Source of the DNA: Gammaproteobacteria bacterium
GTDB taxonomy: Bacteria > Pseudomonadota > Gammaproteobacteria > SZUA-229
DNA: 64,000 nt
Assembly: GCA_029882355.1 (NCBI GenBank)
Contig: JAOUKV010000009.1
Coordinates: 14,807 to 78,806 of the forward strand
Direction of reading: 5' to 3'
How positions within the stretch are numbered: the first letter of the stretch is position 1; every line of letters begins with the position of its first letter. The notes beneath the pieces are model-generated. The model saw only the letters and a list, made by a program, of their open reading frames with translations. It was not told the DNA's origin and did not search any database. This document shows positions 52,277 to 61,053 of the stretch, in pieces. Both the position numbers and the translations under genes were made by a program.

Positions 52277-52723
52277 ATGGATCAAAATCTTCTTGCAGTT
52301 GGCTGGCGAGAATGGGTTTCACTACCTGAACTTGGACTTCCTTTGATCAAAGCTAAAATTGACACGGGTGCCAGAACTTCCTGCCTGCACGCTTTTACTG
52401 TAGAAGAATTTACAGTAGATAATAAAAAATGGGTGCGTTTTGGCATTCACCCCCATCAGGATGACACTGAAACAGAAGTTTTTTGTGAAGCACAAGTAGT
52501 CGACGAACGCGTCGTATCAGATTCAGGCGGACATAAAGAAAACCGTTACGTTATTACAATAGGGGTTGTAATGGCAAATAAATGCTGGCCTATAGAAATC
52601 ACACTCACAAACCGAGACAATATGCGTTTCCGCATGCTACTTGGCCGAACCGCCATGGAGCAAAAAATAATAGTTAACCCAGGCGAATCATTTTTGCTTG
52701 GCAAACCCACATCTAATAGCTAA
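52277..52723 (+). CDS. RimK-associated retropepsin-like ATP-dependent zinc protease (DUF785)
   Basis: 148 aa with [28 protein letters not shown], immediately upstream of rimK. Confidence 0.8.
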   Translation: MDQNLLAVGWREWVSLPELGLPLIKAKIDTGARTSCLHAFTVEEFTVDNKKWVRFGIHPHQDDTETEVFCEAQVVDERVVSDSGGHKENRYVITIGVVMANKCWPIEITLTNRDNMRFRMLLGRTAMEQKIIVNPGESFLLGKPTSNS

Positions 52724-52740
52724 GGATAAACGAAAATAAA

Positions 52741-53646
52741 ATGAAAATTGCCATACTATCTCGAAATAAGAAGCTCTACTCCACTCGCCGCCTTATTGAA
52801 GCCTGTGAACAACGAGGCCATGAACCCATGGTGCTTGATATCCTACGCTCTTATATGGAAGTTGTGCCAAGCAAACCCGAAGTCCATTTAAAAGGTAAAA
52901 CGCTAGATGCATTTGATGCGGTCATACCAAGAATTGGTGCATCTGTGACCTTTTATGGCACAGCCGTGCTTAGGCAGTTTGAAATGATGGGTGCCTTTCC
53001 CTTAAATGAATCTGTTGCTATATCTCGTTCACGAGACAAACTTCGTTCTTTACAGCTGCTATCGCGCAAAGGTGTTGGCTTACCCAGTACCGGCTTTGCT
53101 CATCACCCCGATGATATTCAGGACCTGATTAAAATGGTTGGTGGTGCACCACTGGTGATTAAATTACTGGAAGGCACACAGGGAATTGGTGTTGTTCTGG
53201 CAGAAACAAAAAAAGCAGCTGAAAGTGTTATTGAAGCTTTTATGGGTTTGAAAGCAAACATCATGGTGCAAGAATACATAAAAGAGGCAGGTGGAGCAGA
53301 CATACGTTGTTTGGTGGTGGGCGACAAAGTTGTTGCTGCAATGAAACGCCAGGCTCTGCCCGGCGAGTTTCGATCAAACTTGCATCGAGGCGGCAGCGCT
53401 TCATTAATTAAGATTACACCAGCTGAACGTGCGACTGCAGTTAAAGCAGCAAAAATCATGGGGCTCAATGTAGCTGGCGTAGATATTCTTCGTTCAGAAC
53501 GAGGTCCCCTGGTAATGGAAGTAAACTCTTCACCTGGTCTTGAAGGTATTGAAAGTGCCTCGGGTAAAGATGTTGCCGGCATGATCATTGAATTTATCGA
53601 GAAAACAGCCAAGCCCAACAAAACGAAGACAAGAGGCAAAGGTTAA
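52741..53646 (+). CDS. rimK: Ribosomal protein S6 glutamate ligase (ATP-grasp)
   Basis: 301 aa with the MKIAILSRN start and ATP-grasp motifs. Confidence 0.93.
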   Translation: MKIAILSRNKKLYSTRRLIEACEQRGHEPMVLDILRSYMEVVPSKPEVHLKGKTLDAFDAVIPRIGASVTFYGTAVLRQFEMMGAFPLNESVAISRSRDKLRSLQLLSRKGVGLPSTGFAHHPDDIQDLIKMVGGAPLVIKLLEGTQGIGVVLAETKKAAESVIEAFMGLKANIMVQEYIKEAGGADIRCLVVGDKVVAAMKRQALPGEFRSNLHRGGSASLIKITPAERATAVKAAKIMGLNVAGVDILRSERGPLVMEVNSSPGLEGIESASGKDVAGMIIEFIEKTAKPNKTKTRGKG

Positions 53647-53651
53647 CCTTC

Positions 53652-54704
53652 ATGAACCATGTCCCCCTTTCAATAAATGGGATCAAATTTAAGCCAGGCA
53701 CAAGAACCACCATCGATTTGCCTGTCGGCCGTTTATACACACATACACCAATGACAATGCCAGTACATGTTGTCAAAGGAAAAAAAACTGGCCCACGTCT
53801 ATTTATCAGCGCAGCTATTCATGGCGATGAAATTAATGGTGTTGAGATTATTCGTCGTTTACTGAAGCTACCGGCATTAAAACGACTGAAGGGAACCATT
53901 ATTGCCGTCCCTATTGTCAATATTCATGGCCTGATTAATCATTCACGTTACCTGCCTGACAGACGTGATTTAAATCGATCTTTTCCAGGTACTGAAAAAG
54001 GTTCTCTGGCAGCACGACTGGCAAATCTTCTTATGAATGAAATTGTCAGTCAAAGCACGCACGGTATTGATCTGCACACTGGTGCAATTCACCGAGAAAA
54101 CCTGCCTCAAATACGTGCCAACTTAGATGATGAAGAAACTAATGCACTGGCTAGAGCATTTAATGTCCCTGTCATTATTTCATCAGATTTACGTGATGGC
54201 TCATTGAGAGAAGCCGCTGCAGAATACGGTATTCCAATGCTGCTATATGAAGCGGGGGAAGCGCTACGCTTTGATGAAGTATCCATCCGAGCTGGCGTTA
54301 AGGGCATTATTAATGTTATGCGCAAGCTGGAAATGTTGCCTGCTTCACGCAGTAAATCAAAAAAACGTATAGAACCTGTTGTCGCACGATCTAGTTCCTG
54401 GATTCGCACTCCGGAGAGTGGTATTTTACGAGCAATGGTTCCACTTGGCAGTAGAGTAAAAAAGAATACATTATTAGGCGTAGTGGGAGACCCTTTTGGT
54501 GAAACAGAATGTAACGTGTTTTCTTCATTCAATGGCATAGTAATTGGCAGAACCAATCTACCCTTAGTCAATGAAGGAGATGCCCTGTATCACATAGCTC
54601 GATTTGAAGACATTCATGAAATTGAAGCCAAAGTAGATGAATTTAAAGAAGAGCATTTACCTGAACCAATGAAATCACCAAATTCGGAAAGCCCAATTAT
54701 TTAG
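53652..54704 (+). CDS. Succinylglutamate desuccinylase/aspartoacylase-family (M14-like) deacylase
   Basis: 350 aa with AAIHGDEINGVE and the characteristic domain order. Immediately downstream of rimK. Confidence 0.8.
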   Translation: MNHVPLSINGIKFKPGTRTTIDLPVGRLYTHTPMTMPVHVVKGKKTGPRLFISAAIHGDEINGVEIIRRLLKLPALKRLKGTIIAVPIVNIHGLINHSRYLPDRRDLNRSFPGTEKGSLAARLANLLMNEIVSQSTHGIDLHTGAIHRENLPQIRANLDDEETNALARAFNVPVIISSDLRDGSLREAAAEYGIPMLLYEAGEALRFDEVSIRAGVKGIINVMRKLEMLPASRSKSKKRIEPVVARSSSWIRTPESGILRAMVPLGSRVKKNTLLGVVGDPFGETECNVFSSFNGIVIGRTNLPLVNEGDALYHIARFEDIHEIEAKVDEFKEEHLPEPMKSPNSESPII

Positions 54705-54921
54705 CACGGTAGGATGCGGTTCGCAAACTCACCACATCCTTTTATCTACAAATATGTACGAGATTGATTTTTGAGCTCGATATTTAATCCACAGTTTATT
54801 TAGGCGTATTCTTAGTATGAATATATAACTGCTAATTGATAATAGAATGTAGCGATAGTGGGCTTTACTTGTATATTGTCCAGGCTCAATTATTGTTTAT
54901 TTACAATGACAGAGGTGCGCT

Positions 54922-55122
54922 ATGCCTTACTCAACAGATGACAAAAATGGTGATATATCTGAACAAAGCACTGACAGACCTGATCGCAGAGTAAATAGAG
55001 AGCGGCGTGGTGTAATTCGAAAGAGTTATATAAATGGAGAACACCGCGACTTTATCCCACGTAGAATGTCAGATTTTTCCGAAATTATGCTTGACGATAA
55101 CCATCGCGGTAAAGTGCAATAA
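54922..55122 (+). CDS. Small highly charged hypothetical protein (66 aa)
   Basis: ORF preceded by a good SD (AGAGGTG, 6 nt before the ATG). Arg/Asp/Glu-rich (DRPDRRVNRERRGVIRK). No family recognised. Confidence 0.4.
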   Translation: MPYSTDDKNGDISEQSTDRPDRRVNRERRGVIRKSYINGEHRDFIPRRMSDFSEIMLDDNHRGKVQ

Positions 55123-55230
55123 AAATACCACTCCCGTAGAGTGATGTATGGAGCCCCCAACCTACTCTCATCATTCCCGCTAGAAGCATACGGGAGTGAC
55201 GAGACATAAGATGCGCACGGCGCGGCCGTG

Positions 55231-56763
55231 TTACTCTCCCCTCATATGCGGAAACAAAATAACATCCCGTATCGATTGTGCATCCGTCAACAACATTACC
55301 AGGCGATCAATACCAATGCCCTCACCCGCTGTTGGTGGCATACCATATTCCAAAGCTCGAACGTAATCAGCATCAAAGTGCATAGCTTCTTCATCACCGG
55401 CATCTTTTTCTGCTACCTGTTTATGGAAACGTTCAGCCTGATCTTCTGAATCATTCAACTCGGAAAAACCATTAGCAATTTCACGACCACCAACGAAGAA
55501 CTCAAAACGGTCGGTGACAAATTGATTGTCATCGTTACGTCGTGCTAACGGTGAAACTTCGGTTGGATATTCGGTGATGAAAGTTGGATCCATCAAACGA
55601 TGCTCAACTGTTTTCTCAAAAATCTCGATCTGAATTTTGCCCAGGCCATAGCTGTCTTTTACATGTACATCTAAAGCCTCACAGACTTTTTTGGCGTTTT
55701 CTATATCTGAGATGTCTTCTGCTTTGAGGTCTGGATTGAAATGTAGAATCGAATCAAACACTGACATACGCGCGAACGGTTTACCGAAGTGATATTCCTC
55801 GTCCTGATAAGTAACCGTGCTTGTACCTAGCACCTGTTCTGTCAGTTTTCTTAACAGGTCTTCGGTTAAGTCCATCAGGTCTTTGTAATCAGCATAAGCC
55901 TGATAAAACTCGATCATGGTGAATTCAGGATTGTGACGGGTTGAAACACCTTCGTTTCTGAAGTTACGATTAATTTCGTAAACACGCTCAAAACCACCGA
56001 CCACTAAACGTTTCAAATACAATTCAGGCGCGATACGCATGAACATAGGCAGGCCCAGTGCATTATGAAAAGTTTCAAACGGTTTTGCGGTTGCGCCACC
56101 AGGAATGATTTGCATCATTGGGGTTTCTACTTCCATGAAATCGTGACCATCAAAATAATTACGGATAAAGGCAATTATTTTGGTACGCATTTTAAACGTT
56201 TCTTTGACTTCCTGATTCATAATTAAATCAAGGTAACGTTGACGATAGCGTGTTTCGGTATCGGTTAAACCGTGGAACTTACCGGGTAGTGGACGCAGTG
56301 ATTTGGTTAATAATTTAACTTCATCGACCTTGATTGAAAGCTCACCGGTCTGGGTTTTGAATATGACACCTTCAGCACCGATGACATCACCAACATCCCA
56401 CTTTTTGAAACTGTCGTTATAAACACCTTCTGGCAGACTGTCGCGTTGTAGAAACAACTGGATTTGACCAGACATGTCCTGCAACTTGGTAAAGCTGGCT
56501 TTACCCATAACTCTCTTTGCCATCATACGACCGGCAATCGATACACGTTGGCCCAGTTCTTCCAGTTCTTCTTTTGTTTTTTCACTGTAATGCGCATGCA
56601 GGTCAGCAGCCATTGAATCACGTCTAAAGTCATTCGGAAAAGCATTGCCATTTTCACGTAGCACGTCGAGCTTTTCACGACGCTGCGCGATCAGTTTATT
56701 CTCTTCTTCCGGCGAAAGTTCTTCTATCTGGTCTTCTGCCTGGTCTTTTGTTTTTTCATTCAT
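55231..56763 (-). CDS. lysS: Lysine--tRNA ligase
   Basis: 510 aa class II aaRS with an N-terminal OB fold and motifs 1-3, downstream of prfB as in E. coli. Confidence 0.96.
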   Translation of the reverse strand: MNEKTKDQAEDQIEELSPEEENKLIAQRREKLDVLRENGNAFPNDFRRDSMAADLHAHYSEKTKEELEELGQRVSIAGRMMAKRVMGKASFTKLQDMSGQIQLFLQRDSLPEGVYNDSFKKWDVGDVIGAEGVIFKTQTGELSIKVDEVKLLTKSLRPLPGKFHGLTDTETRYRQRYLDLIMNQEVKETFKMRTKIIAFIRNYFDGHDFMEVETPMMQIIPGGATAKPFETFHNALGLPMFMRIAPELYLKRLVVGGFERVYEINRNFRNEGVSTRHNPEFTMIEFYQAYADYKDLMDLTEDLLRKLTEQVLGTSTVTYQDEEYHFGKPFARMSVFDSILHFNPDLKAEDISDIENAKKVCEALDVHVKDSYGLGKIQIEIFEKTVEHRLMDPTFITEYPTEVSPLARRNDDNQFVTDRFEFFVGGREIANGFSELNDSEDQAERFHKQVAEKDAGDEEAMHFDADYVRALEYGMPPTAGEGIGIDRLVMLLTDAQSIRDVILFPHMRGE

Positions 56764-56767
56764 AATA

Positions 56768-57862
56768 TTACAAACCGCTCTTTAAGCTAGCTTCGATAAA
56801 TTGGTCTATGGCACCGTCGAGTACTGCCTGGGTATTACCCGTCTCAACATTGGTGCGAAGGTCTTTGATTCTTGATTGATCCAGTACGTAGGAACGAATT
56901 TGGCTGCCCCAGCCGATATCCGATTTTGTTTCTTCCACGGCCTGAGACTCGGCATTACGTTTCTGAATTTCCAGTTCGTACAACTTGGCTTTCAGCTGTT
57001 TCATGGCTGCCGCCTTGTTCTTGTGTTGTGAGCGATCATTCTGACATTGCACCACAACATTGGTCGGCATATGGGTGATACGTACCGCCGACTCAGTTTT
57101 ATTAACGTGCTGTCCACCAGCGCCACTGGCGCGATAAACATCGATGCGCAAATCAGCCGGATTGATATCAATTTCGATATCATCATCAATTTCGGGTGAG
57201 ACAAACACCGAGGCAAAAGAGGTATGGCGACGGCTACCCGAATCAAGGGTGATTTTCTCACTAAACGATGCACGCCGGTTTCGGTGCGCAATCGACCAAA
57301 AACATAATCGCCTTCAAAACGAATGGTAGCACTTTTGATACCAGCAACATCACCGGCTGAGGCTTCCATCAATTCTGTTTTGAAACCGTGCGATTCACCC
57401 CAGCGTAAATACATGCGCAATAACATCTCGGCCCAGTCCTGTGCTTCGGTGCCACCGGAACCGGATTGAATATCGAGGAAGGCATTACAGGCATCCATTT
57501 CACCCGAGAACATGCGACGAAATTCTAGTTCCTCGACCTGTTTTACATACTGCTGAAGATCGTCATTGACAACCTCAGCACTATCTTCATCATTTTCCTC
57601 AACCGCCATTTCTAACAAATCATTGGCATCATTGAGGCCGGTTTCCAGCTCATTAAGCGTCAGTACAATTTTTTCCAGACGAGCTCGTTCCTGACCTAGT
57701 TTTTGTGCACGCTCGGCATCATCCCAGACATTGGGCTGTTCCAGCTCACGCACGACTTCGTCCAGCTCTTCTTTGCGATTATCGAAGTCAAAGATACCCC
57801 CTAAGCGACAAAGAGCGTTGCTTGAGGTCATTGATTAGATTGGATATATGATTGACTTCCAT
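56768..57862 (-). CDS. prfB: Peptide chain release factor 2 (programmed +1 frameshift; also carries a second apparent 1-nt frame disruption near 57245-57250)
   Basis: Frame 0: ATG at 57862, [24 protein letters not shown] then TGA (57790-57788). The +1 frame continues [12 protein letters not shown]...[10 protein letters not shown]. The C-terminal third ([11 protein letters not shown]...SPEIDDD...[16 protein letters not shown]...) is in another frame, requiring a -1 shift at CCCTT|GAT. Confidence 0.85.
57787..57802 (-). other. RF2 autoregulatory recoding site (SD-like AGGGGG plus slippery CTT-TGA-C)
   Basis: Minus-strand AGGGGGTATCTTTGAC is identical to the E. coli prfB frameshift cassette. 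Confidence 0.9.
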
Positions 57863-57949
57863 GGTGTTTTTTTGCAGCTTAAACCAGTATAAATTGAAGC
57901 CGCAAATCTTACCCTATGAGCGCCCTGATTGCAGCCCTGATAGGGGCTA

Positions 57950-58639
57950 TTAGCGCATCTGTTTGGGCTTACTGGCTACATTATCGCGTAAATAGACGGG
58001 AACTGCCCCGGCGGCGGAAACAGCACCACCATTTTTGTATGATTCTATCGCCAGTGCAGCGATGGCTTTTGCTGAGGGGAAACATTCATCCAGTGAGGCG
58101 GTACAACGATCACCCAGTGCGGGTTTCATGATCTCGCCATAACTGGCCCAGCCGGTTCCAGCCGTGACCCACTGTCCCTGTTCAGGAATAGGTGCTTTTT
58201 CAGGCGCGACCACGCATTCTTCATCTAGCAGAATCATATTGCCTGCTTCGTCCTTTTGATACGCGCCCCAATAAACCTCTTTCATGCGCGCATCAATCGC
58301 AGCTAGTATCTGAGCCTCACCGGTTTCTTCCATAGCGACCCAGGCCATCGCGGCTAAAGTAGATACCGGCACCACAGGAATTGAATGCGCAAAGGCGATC
58401 CCCTGAACCACGCCCGCCGCGACCCGCACACCCATGAATGAACCGGGGCCACGACCAAAAGCTAAAATATCAATATCTTTCGACTTTAGGCCTGCATCCT
58501 GCAATAGACTCTCGATCATGCCGAGAATTAAATGGGTGTGTTCACGCGGCGCTACCTGATAGTGCTGCGTTATCTCACCATCAAGATATAAAGCCGCCGA
58601 GCAGGCTTCGGTTGAAGTATCAAGCGCTAGCAGTTTCAT
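57950..58639 (-). CDS. tsaB: tRNA threonylcarbamoyladenosine biosynthesis protein TsaB (YeaZ)
   Basis: From the internal start MKLLALDTSTEACSAAL, the ASKH-fold inactive Kae1 paralog. Adjacent to yoaA as in E. coli. Confidence 0.88.
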   Translation of the reverse strand: MKLLALDTSTEACSAALYLDGEITQHYQVAPREHTHLILGMIESLLQDAGLKSKDIDILAFGRGPGSFMGVRVAAGVVQGIAFAHSIPVVPVSTLAAMAWVAMEETGEAQILAAIDARMKEVYWGAYQKDEAGNMILLDEECVVAPEKAPIPEQGQWVTAGTGWASYGEIMKPALGDRCTASLDECFPSAKAIAALAIESYKNGGAVSAAGAVPVYLRDNVASKPKQMR

Positions 58640-60572
58640 GTTCTTCATGCTCCCGCTTCTTTCTTTCAAAGAAACTTTCTATATCGTCTTGCTGCGTGGT
58701 TATCGGCATCGGTGGCAAGCTACTCTTAAAAACACGACCATAAGGTTTGCTGCTTAATCGTGGATCACCAATCACGACCACGCCATAATCATCAACATCA
58801 CGAATTAAACGGCCGACGCCCTGATTCAATGCAATCACCGCACGCGGAACCTGATATTCCATAAAAGGCTGTCCTCCATTTTTACTGATCACATCGATAC
58901 GCGCCTGCATCACCGGATCACCGGGTGACGCAAACGGCAGTTTATCAATCACCACACAGGACAGTGCGCTGCCACGGACATCAACGCCTTCCCAGAAACT
59001 CGACGTGCCTAACAGGATGGCATCACCGGCTTTGCGAAACTTGGCCAGTAGCAGATGCTTGGGTAGATCACCCTGTATAAAAATTGGGAACTCGGTTTTA
59101 TCCTGTAAAAAATCTTTGGCTTCGTTCATCGCACGATAACTGGTGAACAATAAAAACGCACCACCGTGACTGGCGTTGACTACCGGCAGAACTTTTTCAA
59201 GCAAGGCGTAGGTATAATTACGATCGGAAGGTTCGGGCAAATCTTCTGGTAAATAAAGCAGACTTTGTTGTTCATAATCAAAAGGACTCAGCCAGCTTCC
59301 ACTTTCAAATTCATCCAGCCCAAGCGCATCAGAAAAGTGATTAAATTTTTTATTTACCTGCAAGGTTGCCGAGGTAAAAATCCACGCCGCCGAAAAATTA
59401 TTGGTGTATTTTTGAAACAAACTGGAAACTTCAATCGGCGTTGAATGCAACATAAAACTTCGGCTGAAAGTTTCATACCAGAGAATGGCGTTAGCTGATT
59501 CTGCCAGCTCGTTATCATTCTTGAACAACTCGGCTCGTTCGCATAACAATAAACAACGCTGATAACATTGATCCAGACCCCGGCTACGTTCAGATGCAGT
59601 TTCTAAATGTTCAGCTAAATCAGAAAGCACGGCTATCAGTTCCGACAAACAATTTGCCAAAGAAGGTTTATATTTGATCGCAGCCCAGGACTGCCTGGCG
59701 CCGGAATCACCCAGTGCTAAACGAAAATCTTGCGTGACTTTCTCCAGCTCATCAGCGCAGTCTCTTATTTCTGTCATGTCCGGTGCATCGTTAACCTGTT
59801 CGGCAATTGCGTCTCTGGCCAACAGGGTTATCTGACGACTTGATAAGGTATCACCAAAATAACGTGAAGCCACTTCATGCAACTGATGCGCTTCATCGAT
59901 GATAAAAGCATCCGCACCCGGCAGTAGTTCAGCAAAACCTTCTTCTTTTAGCGTCATATCCGCCAATAGAAGGTGATGATTAATCACCAGCAATTCGGCT
60001 TCCATGGCTTTTTTACGCGCCTTGACAATGAAGCAGTCATTCCATGAATCACATTCGCTGCCCAGACAGTTATCCGCTGTCGAGGTCACCATCGGCCAGA
60101 CATAGGCATCTTCCTGGATTGAACTTAATTCAGAAATATCACCGACTTCACTTTTGCCCGACCACTGACCGATCTCAGTCAATTGCGTCTGTGTAACTTT
60201 ATTCATGAAACCGAGATGCGGCGCAATTTGTAATCGATGTAGGCAAAGATAGTTTGCACGGCCTTTTAGCAAAGCGACCTTGATTGGCATATCCAGCGCC
60301 TTTAGTACACGTGGTATATCGGTACGGAAAAGCTGATCTTGCAGATGTTTGGTGCCGGTAGAAATAATGACTTTTTTACCCGATGTAATCGCGGGTACAA
60401 GATAGGCAAAGGTTTTGCCAATACCGGTACCCGCTTCGGCCACCAGTACTTTTTTGTTTTTTATGGCATTTTCAATACTATCGCTCAGGGCAAGCTGATT
60501 ATGCCTAACTTTATAATCTTCAACATACTCACTGAAAACACCATCTTCGCCTAGATACTCAGAGGCTTTCAT
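58620..60572 (-). CDS. yoaA: DinG-family ATP-dependent DNA helicase (YoaA-like)
   Basis: 650 aa: Walker A AGTGIGKTFAYLVPA, DEAH box (IIDEAHQL) and an Fe-S cluster cysteine region. Confidence 0.85.
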   Translation of the reverse strand: MKASEYLGEDGVFSEYVEDYKVRHNQLALSDSIENAIKNKKVLVAEAGTGIGKTFAYLVPAITSGKKVIISTGTKHLQDQLFRTDIPRVLKALDMPIKVALLKGRANYLCLHRLQIAPHLGFMNKVTQTQLTEIGQWSGKSEVGDISELSSIQEDAYVWPMVTSTADNCLGSECDSWNDCFIVKARKKAMEAELLVINHHLLLADMTLKEEGFAELLPGADAFIIDEAHQLHEVASRYFGDTLSSRQITLLARDAIAEQVNDAPDMTEIRDCADELEKVTQDFRLALGDSGARQSWAAIKYKPSLANCLSELIAVLSDLAEHLETASERSRGLDQCYQRCLLLCERAELFKNDNELAESANAILWYETFSRSFMLHSTPIEVSSLFQKYTNNFSAAWIFTSATLQVNKKFNHFSDALGLDEFESGSWLSPFDYEQQSLLYLPEDLPEPSDRNYTYALLEKVLPVVNASHGGAFLLFTSYRAMNEAKDFLQDKTEFPIFIQGDLPKHLLLAKFRKAGDAILLGTSSFWEGVDVRGSALSCVVIDKLPFASPGDPVMQARIDVISKNGGQPFMEYQVPRAVIALNQGVGRLIRDVDDYGVVVIGDPRLSSKPYGRVFKSSLPPMPITTQQDDIESFFERKKREHEEHETASA

Positions 60573-61051
60573 TACTCATCACCCAGCGTCTTAATCATCT
60601 GCTTTGCCTGCTGAATAATATCACTATTGTTCAGCAACTCGCCTGCCTTTAGAATGAACTGCCAATTCAATAATTTCAGATTATCATTGTCACGAGAGTA
60701 GCTATTGCTTCGCTGAGCCAGTTGCTGTGATCTTTTGGCATCACCGGCTTTAAGTGCCATCCAGGCCAGACGACTCCAGGCTTGCGCAAACTTGGGTTCG
60801 ATGCGTACCAGACGCTCGAGCTTATCCGATGACTTGTCGAATTTAGACTCAGCCATGAGATCATCCGCCTGTTGCAAAAGCTGGGCCACAGCACGGTTTG
60901 AATAAGCGATACGCTGCTCACTACTCGATAAGCGCCACGCGGCTAATTCGTTTGACTCGAGGATTGACCCGGGGTCAGCCTGCTTCTCCTCAATCACCGT
61001 ACATGAGGCAATCAGCAGAATAACGGGAAAAAGAAAATAATATCTAGACAA
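60572..61051 (-). CDS. Small TPR-like outer-membrane lipoprotein, candidate LpoP-like PBP1b partner
   Basis: 159 aa with an LIASC lipobox and TPR-like helices (AWSRLAWMALKAGDAKRS). Its start is 2 bp downstream of the mrcB stop. Confidence 0.5.
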   Translation of the reverse strand: MSRYYFLFPVILLIASCTVIEEKQADPGSILESNELAAWRLSSSEQRIAYSNRAVAQLLQQADDLMAESKFDKSSDKLERLVRIEPKFAQAWSRLAWMALKAGDAKRSQQLAQRSNSYSRDNDNLKLLNWQFILKAGELLNNSDIIQQAKQMIKTLGDE

Positions 61052-61053
61052 AC

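Noticed and set aside
57245-57250. Interpreting the second prfB frame break as a second programmed (-1) recoding site
   Set aside because: There is no slippery heptamer of X XXY YYZ type and no downstream stimulatory structure. A single-nucleotide loss in a CCCTTT run is the most economical explanation, so I report it as a probable sequencing error or pseudogene instead.
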